The notes under the pieces: generated by a model
The model's database searches: none
The model's input: only the letters and a program-made list of their open reading frames with translations
Told to the model about the DNA's origin: nothing
Program-made: the position numbers and the translations under genes
Source: an uncultured Clostridia bacterium
GTDB taxonomy: Bacteria > Bacillota > Clostridia > TANB77 > CAG-508
NCBI GenBank assembly: GCA_934120315.1
Contig: CAKOTX010000002.1
Location: 19,185 to 83,184 of the forward strand
Reading direction: 5' to 3'
Length of the DNA stretch: 64,000 nucleotides
Part shown: positions 9,197 through 19,024 of the stretch, piece by piece
How positions within the stretch are numbered: position 1 is the stretch's first letter
How the letters are laid out: the number at the start of each line of letters is the position of its first letter

Positions 9197-10339
9197 ATGT
9201 TCATTAAAGTTATAATGAAATATCTGCTAGGTTATATTAGAATAACAGTAGAAGGTTATTACATAGAGCGATTTATAAATATCTGTACTGCTAATAAAAT
9301 ATTGATATGGAATTTAAAAAGAGAAAAAGGAGTTAAATTACATTTAAATATAGGGATAGAAGACTTTTACAGAGCAGTACCAGTAGCAAAAAAATTAAAA
9401 TGCAGAATAAAAATAGAGAAAAAGAGGGGAATACCATTTATTGTAAACAAGTATCGAAAGAGAAAAGCTTTTATAGTTTCTTTAATAATAATAGCGATTT
9501 TGTTATATGCAAGTTCACTTTTTGTTTGGAACATAGAAATTCAGGTGGAAGATAATTTAAAATTAGATAAAATAGAGGAGGATGTACAAGAAGCAGGATT
9601 AGAAACAGGAATGAAAAAAGACAAAATAAATGTAGAAGAAATAGTAAATAAAATACGTTTAAAAAGAGATGATATTTCATGGATAGGAATTAGTCTAAAA
9701 GGAACAAATGCAATAGTAAAAGTAGTAAAAGCAAAAGAGGCCCCAGAAATAATAGACGAAAAAGAGGCAACTAATATTGTAGCAAAAAAAGCTGGAACAA
9801 TAACAGAAATAATAGCACAAAATGGAATGTCACAAGTTAAAAATGGAGATGAAGTACAAGAAGGTCAAATATTAATTCAAGGAATAATGGAAGGAAAATA
9901 TACAGGACAAAGATATGTGCATAGTTTGGGTGAGATAAAAGCTATAGTTAAATATACTAAAACGGAAAAAATGCAATTAAAAGAAGAACAAAATGTAAAA
10001 ACAGGCAATAAAGAAACGAAATATGGTATAAAATTTAATAATTTTCAAATAAATTTTTACAAAACTCTTTCCAAATTTAAAATTTATGATACAATAGTAG
10101 AAGAAAAAAAGTTTAGGATATTTTCAAACTTATATTTACCAATTTCCGTAAAGAAAATTACGAATGAAGAATTGGAAAAAAATTCAAAAAAATACACAAT
10201 CGAAGAAGCAACTGCAATCTTAACCCAAAAGTTAGAAGAACAACTTGAATCTGAAGTAAATAATAAGCAAGATATACTTCGGAAGAAATGCAGATGTAAC
10301 AAAGGGAGAAGATTTCATAGAAGTAAGTGTAACATATGA
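9197..10339 (+). CDS. yqfD: sporulation protein YqfD (stage IV); C-terminus appears frameshifted, with a more plausible ending in the +1 frame to about 10391
   Basis: Typical yqfC-yqfD pairing. The last 25 aa in the track frame are Arg/Cys-rich nonsense (RKKCRCNKGRRFHRSKCNI). The +1 frame reads GRNADVTKGEDFIEVSVTYEVIENIGMQEKIIDKIN. Confidence 0.75.
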   Translation: MFIKVIMKYLLGYIRITVEGYYIERFINICTANKILIWNLKREKGVKLHLNIGIEDFYRAVPVAKKLKCRIKIEKKRGIPFIVNKYRKRKAFIVSLIIIAILLYASSLFVWNIEIQVEDNLKLDKIEEDVQEAGLETGMKKDKINVEEIVNKIRLKRDDISWIGISLKGTNAIVKVVKAKEAPEIIDEKEATNIVAKKAGTITEIIAQNGMSQVKNGDEVQEGQILIQGIMEGKYTGQRYVHSLGEIKAIVKYTKTEKMQLKEEQNVKTGNKETKYGIKFNNFQINFYKTLSKFKIYDTIVEEKKFRIFSNLYLPISVKKITNEELEKNSKKYTIEEATAILTQKLEEQLESEVNNKQDILRKKCRCNKGRRFHRSKCNI

Positions 10340-10424
10340 AGTGATTGAAAATATAGGAATGCAGGAAAAAATAATAGACAAAATTAACTAACGTAAGAAA
10401 CAAAAGAACCTGCCTACCAATAAC

Positions 10425-11663
10425 TTGGAAAGGGAGAGAAATATGGAAGAGAGAAGTTTAAGAGTAGTAGGAACAGATAAAACATTTATTAATAAATTAA
10501 CAAATACATTGACAAAATTGCTAATACCAACACAAATAGGAATAAATGGAATGCGTATTAGCATGAAAAGAAATGCATTATTAAAGGCATATGAAGCTCA
10601 AGTTGAAGAGACTGATGCAAGCAAAAAAGATATTGTTGAAAAAAAATATGAAGAAGCATATACTGCGTATTTGGAAGCATTAGATAAATATGTTTTAGAT
10701 ACAATATATAAAAAGGTTAAAAATGAAACTGCCACAAAACTAGAAAGTATGGCATTATCTCAATATTATGGAATAGTTCAACTAAAACAAAGTGAATATA
10801 ATGAATATAAGTATAGAAAACAAAAATATTTATTAGAGTTAGATAGAGAAACAGTAATAAATTCTAATAAACAAAAAGTAATAGACAGATATCAAGAATT
10901 TTATATATCAAAACAAGATTCATTATATAAAGGAATCTTAAAAAACTATTCTGTAAAATTAGCTGATAACACAAATGTATATGATTCATCAAAAGAATGG
11001 ATTTATATAAAAATATTTGATACTTTAGAAGATTATATTAAAAATATATTACCACTAAAGATTAAAGATCCGAAATTAGAAAAAGTTGTCAAAGAATATG
11101 AAAAATATGAAAAATTCTCTGTAGGAAAATTAGATGCAAGAGATAATATCGAAAAAAATATGATATTATTAGGAATAAGCAGAAATTTATTTACACATAG
11201 CTTGCCATTAGTAGTAGCAGAACAATGTTACATGAAGCTATTAAAAGATGCAAGATGTTTAGTGCAAGATACAAAAATTGCTGCTAAAAGAGAAAAAGCA
11301 TATACAATGTTATTAAATTTGATAGAAGACTTTAACATAAGACTATTAGCAACAAAAGTATATTGGGATAATCCTAAAGATAGAGAACAATTCAAGAGAT
11401 TTCATGATAAATATAAAGATATTGAAAAATTAAAAGAAATTGATTTTATTGAATATGTAAAACAAAAAGAGATTTTATTCATAAAAGAAGATATGAGTAA
11501 AATAAAAAATGAGAAAACAGATTATACAAGATTGATAAAATATTACAAGAGAAGATTAGTTGATTATGGAGTTATGAAAGAAATTAGAGATTATAAAACT
11601 CAAAACGGAAAATACAAAAGAGATAAAGTAAGTTCTAGAATAAATGAAACAATAAGTGCATAG
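10425..11663 (+). CDS. hypothetical K/E-rich alpha-helical protein (412 aa) of unknown function
   Basis: Long ORF with an RBS (GGAAAGGGAGAG). No recognisable motif. Occupies the slot where phoH and the 7TM-HD gene usually sit between yqfD and ybeY. Confidence 0.6.
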   Translation: MERERNMEERSLRVVGTDKTFINKLTNTLTKLLIPTQIGINGMRISMKRNALLKAYEAQVEETDASKKDIVEKKYEEAYTAYLEALDKYVLDTIYKKVKNETATKLESMALSQYYGIVQLKQSEYNEYKYRKQKYLLELDRETVINSNKQKVIDRYQEFYISKQDSLYKGILKNYSVKLADNTNVYDSSKEWIYIKIFDTLEDYIKNILPLKIKDPKLEKVVKEYEKYEKFSVGKLDARDNIEKNMILLGISRNLFTHSLPLVVAEQCYMKLLKDARCLVQDTKIAAKREKAYTMLLNLIEDFNIRLLATKVYWDNPKDREQFKRFHDKYKDIEKLKEIDFIEYVKQKEILFIKEDMSKIKNEKTDYTRLIKYYKRRLVDYGVMKEIRDYKTQNGKYKRDKVSSRINETISA

Positions 11664-12161
11664 GTGGTAAAAATGTATCAATTAGAATATTTAGATTTAG
11701 AAGAAAATAATAAATATGAAGAAATTATAAAAAAAGTTATAGCTCAATGTTTTAAAGAAGAAAAACTAGAAAATTCAAAACTTTATATAAGTATTACTTT
11801 AACAACACCAGAGCATATTCATGAAATAAATAAACAATATAGGAATGTAGATAGAGCAACTGATGTTCTATCATTTCCTATGTTTGAAAAAGATGAATTA
11901 GATGAAAAAATAGAAACACAAAATTTTGAACATGAAGATGTTCTTGGAGATATTGTAATTTCTATTGAAAAAGTAGAAGAACAAGCAAAAGAATATGGAC
12001 ATAGTTTTGAAAGAGAATTTGCATATATGCTTGTACATGGTTTTTATCATTTAATGGGATATGACCATATAAAAGAAGAGGATAAAGTGAAGATGAGACC
12101 AAAAGAGGAAACAGTCCTAAATAAATTAGGAATAAGAAGGGAAGAAATGAATGAAGAATAA
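11664..12161 (+). CDS. ybeY: endoribonuclease YbeY (16S rRNA 3'-end maturation)
   Basis: HGFYHLMGYDH zinc-binding H-x-x-x-H-x5-H motif. Confidence 0.9.
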   Translation: MVKMYQLEYLDLEENNKYEEIIKKVIAQCFKEEKLENSKLYISITLTTPEHIHEINKQYRNVDRATDVLSFPMFEKDELDEKIETQNFEHEDVLGDIVISIEKVEEQAKEYGHSFEREFAYMLVHGFYHLMGYDHIKEEDKVKMRPKEETVLNKLGIRREEMNEE

Positions 12162-13215
12162 AAAAACATTTATTTTGTTAGCAATCTTAGCTATTTTAGT
12201 AATAGTTGCAGGAGGTCTTGTTATTTATAAGATTCTTACAAGAGAAAAAGTTGCTAATTCAGAGCCTGTATCTAATACTAATGTAGCAGAAGATAAAGGA
12301 CCATTAGTAGTTCAAGAAAAAAAGGTACAAATATTTAGTGGAACAGATAGACCAATTGCGGTAATGATAGACAACCATTCAGGAGCATGGCCACAAGCTA
12401 ATTTAAACAAAGCATATATGGTATATGAAATAATTGTAGAAGGTGGAGAAACTAGGCTAATGGCACTTTTTAAAGGACAAGACTTAGATAAAATTGGACC
12501 AATTAGAAGTTCGAGACACTATTTTCTAGACTATGCTCTAGAAAATGATGCAATATATGTACATCATGGATGGAGTCCACAAGCTCAAAGTGATATTTCA
12601 ACATTAGGAGTAAATAATATTAATGGTATTCAAGAAAGTTCAAAAGATTTCTGGAGAGTAAAAGATAAATCAGCACCACATAACTTATTTACAACTACAG
12701 AAAGTATTTTGAAAATTGCCGAAAGAAAAGGTTATAAAACAGAATCAAACAAAAAAAGTGTATTGAATTATGTGGCAACAGAATTTGATTTGACTGAAAA
12801 ATATAAAGAAGAAAGCATAGAAGCTACAAGTGTGACAATACCACATTCAACACTTCAAACAGTAAAATATGAATATAATGCAGAAACAAAGAAATATATA
12901 AGATATGCAAGAAATAAATTACAATCAGATTATGAAACAGGAGAACCTGTAACCACAAAAAATATAATTATAACTATGTGTGATAATTATACATTAGATG
13001 ATAGTGAAAATAAAGGTAGACAGGGACTTAAAAATATAGGGACATTTGATGGATATTATATTACAGATGGAAAAGCAATTCAAATAAAATGTATTAAAAC
13101 AGCAAGAGATGAACAAACTGTATATAAAGATTTGAATGGCAAAGAAATAGAAATAAATGATGGAAATACATTTGTAAATATTTGTCCAACAGATGCTAAA
13201 TTAGTGATTGAATAA
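12151..13215 (+). CDS. DUF3048-family secreted/lipoprotein (YerB-like)
   Basis: N-terminal TM/signal segment. Recalled sequence features of DUF3048 (IAVMIDNH...ETRLMALF). Confidence 0.6.
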   Translation: MKNKKTFILLAILAILVIVAGGLVIYKILTREKVANSEPVSNTNVAEDKGPLVVQEKKVQIFSGTDRPIAVMIDNHSGAWPQANLNKAYMVYEIIVEGGETRLMALFKGQDLDKIGPIRSSRHYFLDYALENDAIYVHHGWSPQAQSDISTLGVNNINGIQESSKDFWRVKDKSAPHNLFTTTESILKIAERKGYKTESNKKSVLNYVATEFDLTEKYKEESIEATSVTIPHSTLQTVKYEYNAETKKYIRYARNKLQSDYETGEPVTTKNIIITMCDNYTLDDSENKGRQGLKNIGTFDGYYITDGKAIQIKCIKTARDEQTVYKDLNGKEIEINDGNTFVNICPTDAKLVIE

Positions 13216-13246
13216 TATACATAATTTATTAAGGGAGGAATTTATT

Positions 13247-14206
13247 ATGAAATCAAAAAGAAAAGTAGTTTTAGTAGGAGCAGGATTTGTAGGAATGAGT
13301 ATGGCTTACTCATTGTTAAATCAAGGAGGAGTAGAAGAATTAGTATTAATAGATGTTAATAAAGATAAAACTATTGGAGAAGAAATGGATTTATCTGATG
13401 GTTTACCATATGCACCACATAAAATGAAAATAAAAGCAGGAGATTACAGTGAATGTAAAGATGCTAATATTGTAGTAATTACAGCAGGACTAGCACAAAA
13501 GCCAGGACAAACAAGATTAGAATTAGCAGTAGTAAATGCAAAAATTATGAAAGAAATAACACAAAATGTAATGGCAAATGGATTTAGTGGAGTATTTATT
13601 GTTGCAAGTAATCCTGTTGATTTAATGTCATATGTTGTTGCAGAAGTTTCTGGAATGCCAAAATCTAGAGTAATTGGTTCAGGAACAGTATTAGACACTG
13701 CAAGATTAAGATATTTAATTGCAGAATATCTTCAAGTATCAAGTAAAAATGTACATGCTTATATTTTAGGAGAACATGGGGATTCTTCATTGGTTCCATG
13801 GGATCATTGTTATGTTGGATGCAAAAAAATGATAGACATTATGAAAGATAATAATTATCCAATGGATGATTTAAAGAAAATACATGATGGAGTTTGGCAA
13901 GCTGCTTATAAAATAATAGAAAAGAAAAAGGCCACATATTATGGAATTGGTATGGCATTAAATAGATTAGTACATGCAGTACTAAATGATGAAAATGCAA
14001 TTCTAACAGTATCAACATATCAAAATAATGAATATGAACAAGAAGGAATGTATATTGGAGTTCCAGCAATAATTAATAAAGATGGTGTAAAAGAAATTTT
14101 ACAATTAAAGTTAAATGATGAAGATCAAGCTAAATTCAATCATAGTTGTGAAATTATGAAAGAAAATATAGAAAAAGAAATTAGACCAATAATAAATGAA
14201 AATTAG
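13247..14206 (+). CDS. ldh: L-lactate dehydrogenase
   Basis: KVVLVGAGFVG NAD-binding motif and LDH catalytic region (SNPVD, VIGSGTVLDTAR, EHGDS). AAGGGAGGA RBS before ATG13247. The track start at 13208 overlaps the upstream gene. Confidence 0.9.
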   Translation: MKSKRKVVLVGAGFVGMSMAYSLLNQGGVEELVLIDVNKDKTIGEEMDLSDGLPYAPHKMKIKAGDYSECKDANIVVITAGLAQKPGQTRLELAVVNAKIMKEITQNVMANGFSGVFIVASNPVDLMSYVVAEVSGMPKSRVIGSGTVLDTARLRYLIAEYLQVSSKNVHAYILGEHGDSSLVPWDHCYVGCKKMIDIMKDNNYPMDDLKKIHDGVWQAAYKIIEKKKATYYGIGMALNRLVHAVLNDENAILTVSTYQNNEYEQEGMYIGVPAIINKDGVKEILQLKLNDEDQAKFNHSCEIMKENIEKEIRPIINEN

Positions 14207-14293
14207 TAAAAATATAGAATTTCTGTTAACAAATTTTTATATTACAATTAAATTGATAAAATAATAAAAAATAAAACAAAGGAGATATAAAAT

Positions 14294-14431
14294 ATGAAAA
14301 GACTTGTAATCGTTGGGGCTGTACACACACACACACACACCGACACTCTAGAAAATAAAAATGTCAGAAATGACAAGTCTTTTTGCATACCTAAAAATAG
14401 AGGAAGCTTAAAAGAAAAATGTGAAAAATAA
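14294..14431 (+). CDS. small ORF (45 aa, MKRLVIVGAVHTHTHTD...) containing an (AC)9 microsatellite; probably a remnant of an NAD/FAD-binding oxidoreductase 5' end, or a leader peptide
   Basis: Strong RBS AAGGAGATATAAAAT-ATG. The N-terminus MKRLVIVGAV resembles a Rossmann N-terminus. The ORF is too short to be that enzyme. Not in the ORF track. Confidence 0.3.
   Translation: MKRLVIVGAVHTHTHTDTLENKNVRNDKSFCIPKNRGSLKEKCEK
14323..14340. repeat. (AC)9 dinucleotide microsatellite
   Basis: Directly visible ACACACACACACACACAC followed by CGACAC. Such repeats are rare in AT-rich bacterial DNA. Confidence 0.95.
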
Positions 14432-14500
14432 GCTACTTTCTTTTTAGGTCTTTTTTTATACTAAAGATTTTTGGAGATGCTATAAAGGTGGAGAAAAAAT

Positions 14501-17035
14501 ATGAAACTAGTCAAAAATAAAAATATGTTATTATTATTTATATTATTTGTAACTATATTATTAATGTCAGTAGGATATGCATCAATAAATTCAGTAACAG
14601 GAGATATAGAAGGAACTGCAATTGCAGATGCACAAGAAGGAGTGTTTATAACAAATATAGCATATGTGAGTGATGTGAATGCAAGTGCAAGCAATTCAAA
14701 AGTAAATAAATTTCTTGGAACAGTAATGGATAGCACTATGCAATTGTCTGATACGGATGTGAATTCAAGTATAACATATAAAGTAACGGTTTATAATAAA
14801 GGAACAGAAGGAGCGATATTTCAGAAAATAACTTATGCAAATGATTTTTATGACAATAATGATATAATATTTGAGATAAGTGGTTTTACAACAGGAGAAA
14901 CAATTGCTTCAAATGAAAGTAAAGAGATAATTATAAAATTTAAGTATAAAGGAACAACAGTGCCTGATAATAATGTGTTAAATTCATATTTGAATTTTGT
15001 GATAAAAGCACCTAATAGGATGACAGTTGCTAGTAATCCTGGTCCTAATGAGGATGGCGCTTTATATTTTAGTGGGCAAAATTCAGAAATAAGATGTTAT
15101 CAAATAGAAACAATAGCATTTAAAAAGGGAAAAGAGTCAGATATAGCAGAAGAAATAAAATATAAATTTGATGTATCAGAAAAACAAGATGGAAGTATAA
15201 TAGGATATTATACAGATGAAAATAATGATGAAATGTATGATTTAACATTTTTGAGTGAGGATATAATTTATGCAAATAAAAATTCCAGTTATTTATTTGC
15301 GGAATTAATAAATTTAAAAAGTATAAATTTTGAGAATTTTACAATAGATGGTGTTACAGATATGAGTGCAATGTTTTATGATTGTGTCAGATTAGCCAGT
15401 TTAGATGTAGTAAGTCAATTTGACACAAGTAAAGTTACTAATATGGGATTTATGTTTTATAGATGTATTAGTCTGACAAGTTTGGATGTTAGCAATTTTG
15501 ACACAAGTAAAGTTACTGATATGGGAGGAATGTTTTCTGGATGTAGTAGTTTAACAAGTTTGGATATTAGCAATTTTGATACAAGTAAAGTTACTAATAT
15601 GAATTTTATGTTTGGATATTGTGAGAGTTTAACAAGTTTGGATTTAAGTAACTTTGACACGAGTATGGTAACTGATATGAGCACAATGTTTTATAGATGT
15701 TTTGTATTAGCAAAAATAGATTTAAGCAACTTTAATACTAGCAATGTAACTAATATGGGAAGTATGTTTGAGTCTTGTCAACAATTAACAGAATTGAATA
15801 TAAGCAACTTTGATACTAGCAATGTAACGAATATGGGAGGTATGTTTGAGCAATGTGTCAGATTAACAGAATTGGATGTAAGCAACTTTGATACAAGTAA
15901 GGTAACAAATATGAGATATATGTTTCATACGTGTTGGGAGCTAAAAGAATTGAATGTAAGTAACTTTGATACAAGCAAGGTAACGAATATGGCGCTGATG
16001 TTTTATAATATCGGATTGACAGAATTGGAGTTAAGTAATTTTGATACGTACAATGTAACAGATATGGTAAATATGTTTAATTCATGCTACAATTTAACTA
16101 CGATATATGTGAGTGAATACGATTCAACAACAAGGAAAGGATGGACAACAGAAAATGTAACAAGGTCAGAAAAGATGTTTGAAAAAGTTTCGAACTTAGT
16201 AGGAGGAAATGGCACAAAATACAATTCGAGTTATATAGATGTAACTTATGCACGAATAGATACAGCAGATACCCCTGGATATTTAACCAATATTGCAATG
16301 AAAAATCCTAATAGGATGATGGCTAATACTACTTTTAATGTTGGTGGGCATGATAACTATCTGGATGCAAGTGTTGCAAAAGATAAAATAGAATCAATAA
16401 AGTTCAAAAAAGGAGGAATATCTAATATAAAATCTGAAATAAAATCCCAATTTGATGCATCTGAGAAGAAAGATGGAAGCATAATGGGATATTACACAGA
16501 TGAAGATAACAATGGAATGTATGAACTTACATTTTTAAGCGAAAATATAATTTTTTGCAATAAAAATGCAACAGGATTATTTTACAATTTAAAGAATGTA
16601 AAGAATATTGAATTTGACAACTTTAACACATATGGTGTGACAACTATGGACAGAATGTTTTCAGGTTGTAGCTTGTTAACTACATTAGATTTGAGTAAAT
16701 TTGATACTAAATCTGTTGTTAATATGAGTGGAATGTTTGTTGGATGTACTGGATTAGTAATTTTAGATTTAAGTGGATTTGATATGTATAATGTTACAAG
16801 TATAGGAATGTTTTGTTGGGGAACTCAAAAATTAACAACAATATATGCAAAAGAATTTAATTCTGAAACCAAGTCTGGATGGACAATGGAAAATGTTTCA
16901 TCAGACGGAGGAATGTTTACAGGGTGCATAAAATTAGTAGGAGGAAATGGAACGGTGTATAATTCTAATTATGACGATAAAACTTATGCTCGAATAGACA
17001 CAGCAAGTACGCCAGGATATTTAACTAAAAAGTAA
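14501..17035 (+). CDS. BspA-type leucine-rich-repeat surface protein (26-residue 'FDTSxVTxMxxMFxxCxxLxxLDLSN' repeats), two duplicated modules
   Basis: N-terminal signal/TM segment. Ten or more tandem 26-aa repeats matching the Listeria/Treponema BspA 26-residue repeat. Two similar modules, each ending in VGGNGTxYNSxYxDxTYARIDTAxTPGYLT. Confidence 0.8.
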   Translation: MKLVKNKNMLLLFILFVTILLMSVGYASINSVTGDIEGTAIADAQEGVFITNIAYVSDVNASASNSKVNKFLGTVMDSTMQLSDTDVNSSITYKVTVYNKGTEGAIFQKITYANDFYDNNDIIFEISGFTTGETIASNESKEIIIKFKYKGTTVPDNNVLNSYLNFVIKAPNRMTVASNPGPNEDGALYFSGQNSEIRCYQIETIAFKKGKESDIAEEIKYKFDVSEKQDGSIIGYYTDENNDEMYDLTFLSEDIIYANKNSSYLFAELINLKSINFENFTIDGVTDMSAMFYDCVRLASLDVVSQFDTSKVTNMGFMFYRCISLTSLDVSNFDTSKVTDMGGMFSGCSSLTSLDISNFDTSKVTNMNFMFGYCESLTSLDLSNFDTSMVTDMSTMFYRCFVLAKIDLSNFNTSNVTNMGSMFESCQQLTELNISNFDTSNVTNMGGMFEQCVRLTELDVSNFDTSKVTNMRYMFHTCWELKELNVSNFDTSKVTNMALMFYNIGLTELELSNFDTYNVTDMVNMFNSCYNLTTIYVSEYDSTTRKGWTTENVTRSEKMFEKVSNLVGGNGTKYNSSYIDVTYARIDTADTPGYLTNIAMKNPNRMMANTTFNVGGHDNYLDASVAKDKIESIKFKKGGISNIKSEIKSQFDASEKKDGSIMGYYTDEDNNGMYELTFLSENIIFCNKNATGLFYNLKNVKNIEFDNFNTYGVTTMDRMFSGCSLLTTLDLSKFDTKSVVNMSGMFVGCTGLVILDLSGFDMYNVTSIGMFCWGTQKLTTIYAKEFNSETKSGWTMENVSSDGGMFTGCIKLVGGNGTVYNSNYDDKTYARIDTASTPGYLTKK
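15329..16120 (+). repeat. tandem 78-bp coding repeats (about 10 copies) encoding the 26-aa LRR units
   Basis: Repeated ...aattttgacacaagtaaagttactaatatggg... units visible at 78-nt period. Confidence 0.85.
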
Positions 17036-17048
17036 AAAATGAAAAAGA

Positions 17049-17088
17049 AATTTAGAAGAGATTCTAGATTTCTTTTTTGTTATTATAT
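17049..17088 (+). terminator. rho-independent terminator after LRR protein gene
   Basis: GAAATTTAGAA-gag-TTCTAGATTTC stem followed by T6. Confidence 0.65.
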
Positions 17089-17123
17089 GTTAAAGGTGTT
17101 AACCTGTTTTTCATGATTAATAC

Positions 17124-17152
17124 TTGTATTTTTCCTAAAAAAGAGGTATAAT
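17124..17152 (+). promoter_or_regulatory. sigma-A promoter for gatCAB (TTGTAT-17-TATAAT)
   Basis: -35 at 17124-17129 and -10 at 17147-17152, about 38 nt before gatC. Confidence 0.5.
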
Positions 17153-17189
17153 AAGCACATCAATGAAAAGAAGAGAAGAGGAGGCAAAT

Positions 17190-17477
17190 ATGAAAGTTAG
17201 TAAAGAAGAAATTTTGCACATAGCCAATTTAGCACAATTAACATTAGAAGATAGTGAGATAGAAGAATATATGTTGCATTTACAAGATATATTAAATTTT
17301 GCCAATATTGTAAATAATGCACCTGTAGATGGATTAGATGTTACAATAGGAGCGAATGAAGCCAAAAATGTATTTAGAAAAGATGAGGTAAAGAAATTTG
17401 AAGATGTAGATAGTTTATTACAAAATGCTCCGACACAAGATAGACACATGTTCAAAATTCCAAAGGTTTTAAACTAA
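17190..17477 (+). CDS. gatC: Asp-tRNA(Asn)/Glu-tRNA(Gln) amidotransferase subunit C
   Basis: About 95 aa GatC-like, followed by gatA and gatB. AGAGGAGG RBS before ATG17190; the track start at 17163 lies upstream of the RBS. Confidence 0.85.
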   Translation: MKVSKEEILHIANLAQLTLEDSEIEEYMLHLQDILNFANIVNNAPVDGLDVTIGANEAKNVFRKDEVKKFEDVDSLLQNAPTQDRHMFKIPKVLN

Positions 17478-17545
17478 TAAAGATACTCGGTTTCAATTAG
17501 TATGCAAAAAAAGGGACCGACCCCAAATTAGCAAGGAGGAGAAAG

Positions 17546-19024
17546 ATGGATATTACAGAATTAACAGTACATGAGTTACAAGAAAAATTAAAGAACAAAG
17601 AATTAACAGTAACAGAAATAACAAAAGCTTATGTAGATAGAATAAAGGAAAAAGAACCAGAAGTACAAGCGTTTATAACAGAACTTACAACTGAAGGCAT
17701 GAAGCAAGCAGAAGAAATTCAAGCTAAAATTGATAATGGAGAAAAAGTAGGAGAATTAGCTGGAATTCCAATTGGTATTAAAGATATTATTTGTACTAAA
17801 GGAATAAAAACAACTTGTGCATCAAAAATGTTAGAAAACTTTATTTCACCATATGATGCAACAGTAATGAATAAAATTAATGCAGAAGAAATGATAGATT
17901 TAGGAAAATTAAATATGGATGAGTTTGCAATGGGAGGTTCAACAGAATATTCATATTTTAAGAAAACAAGAAATCCATGGGATTTATCAAGAGTACCAGG
18001 TGGTTCTTCAGGTGGTTCTGCAGCAGCAGTTGCAGCAAATATGGTACCATGGGCATTAGGAACAGATACAGGTGGAAGTATTCGTCAACCAGCTTCGCTT
18101 TGCGGTGTTGTAGGGCTAAAACCTACATACGGATTAGTATCAAGATATGGTGTTGTTGCATTTGCATCATCACTTGACCAAGTTGGAGTATTTACAAAAG
18201 ATGTACAAGATTGTGCAACTTTATTAAATGTTATAGCAGGTCATGACGAAATGGATACAACATCAGTAGATGTAGGTCAAAAAGATTATACTAAAGCATT
18301 ACAAAAAGATGTTAAAGGATTAAAAATAGGAGTTCCAAAAGAATTTTATGGAGAAGGAATAAATCCAGAAGTTAAAGCATCATTAGAAAATGCAATTGCA
18401 AAATACAAAGAAATGGGAGCAGAAGTAGAAGAATTTTCATTAGATATTGCACAATATGCATTAGCAACATATTATATAATTGCATGTGCAGAAGCAAGTT
18501 CAAATTTAGGAAGATATGATGGAATAAGATATACTTATAGATCACCAGAAGCTAAGACATTAAAAGAAATTTATAAAAAATCTAGAAGTGAAGGATTTGG
18601 TGCAGAAGTAAAAAGAAGAATTATTCTTGGAACTTATGTATTATCATCAGGATATTATGATGCATATTATAAAAAAGCTCAACAAGTTCGTACACTTGTA
18701 ATGAACGAATTTAATAAAGCATTTGAAAAATATGATGTAATAGTAACACCAACATCTCCAACAACAGCATTTAAAATTGGAGAAAAATCAACAAATCCAA
18801 TGGAAATGTATTTAGCAGATATTTGTACAGTTTCTGTAAATATTGCAGGATTGCCAGGAATGTCAATACCTTGTGGAGTTGATAGTCAAGGACTTCCAAT
18901 TGGTATGCAATTAATTGGTAACAAATTCTGTGAAGAAACAATTATAAAAGCAGCATATGCTTATGAACAAGAAACAAAATTTAGAGAAAAATATAAACCA
19001 ACATTTAAGGGAGGTGTTAATTAA
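17546..19024 (+). CDS. gatA: Glu-tRNA(Gln) amidotransferase subunit A (amidase)
   Basis: Amidase signature [13 protein letters not shown] and the Ser-cisSer-Lys catalytic region. Confidence 0.95.
   Translation: MDITELTVHELQEKLKNKELTVTEITKAYVDRIKEKEPEVQAFITELTTEGMKQAEEIQAKIDNGEKVGELAGIPIGIKDIICTKGIKTTCASKMLENFISPYDATVMNKINAEEMIDLGKLNMDEFAMGGSTEYSYFKKTRNPWDLSRVPGGSSGGSAAAVAANMVPWALGTDTGGSIRQPASLCGVVGLKPTYGLVSRYGVVAFASSLDQVGVFTKDVQDCATLLNVIAGHDEMDTTSVDVGQKDYTKALQKDVKGLKIGVPKEFYGEGINPEVKASLENAIAKYKEMGAEVEEFSLDIAQYALATYYIIACAEASSNLGRYDGIRYTYRSPEAKTLKEIYKKSRSEGFGAEVKRRIILGTYVLSSGYYDAYYKKAQQVRTLVMNEFNKAFEKYDVIVTPTSPTTAFKIGEKSTNPMEMYLADICTVSVNIAGLPGMSIPCGVDSQGLPIGMQLIGNKFCEETIIKAAYAYEQETKFREKYKPTFKGGVN

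Noticed and set aside
17977-18177. 66-aa ORF inside gatA in another frame
   Set aside because: Embedded in the conserved gatA coding sequence. Cys/Arg-rich out-of-frame artefact.
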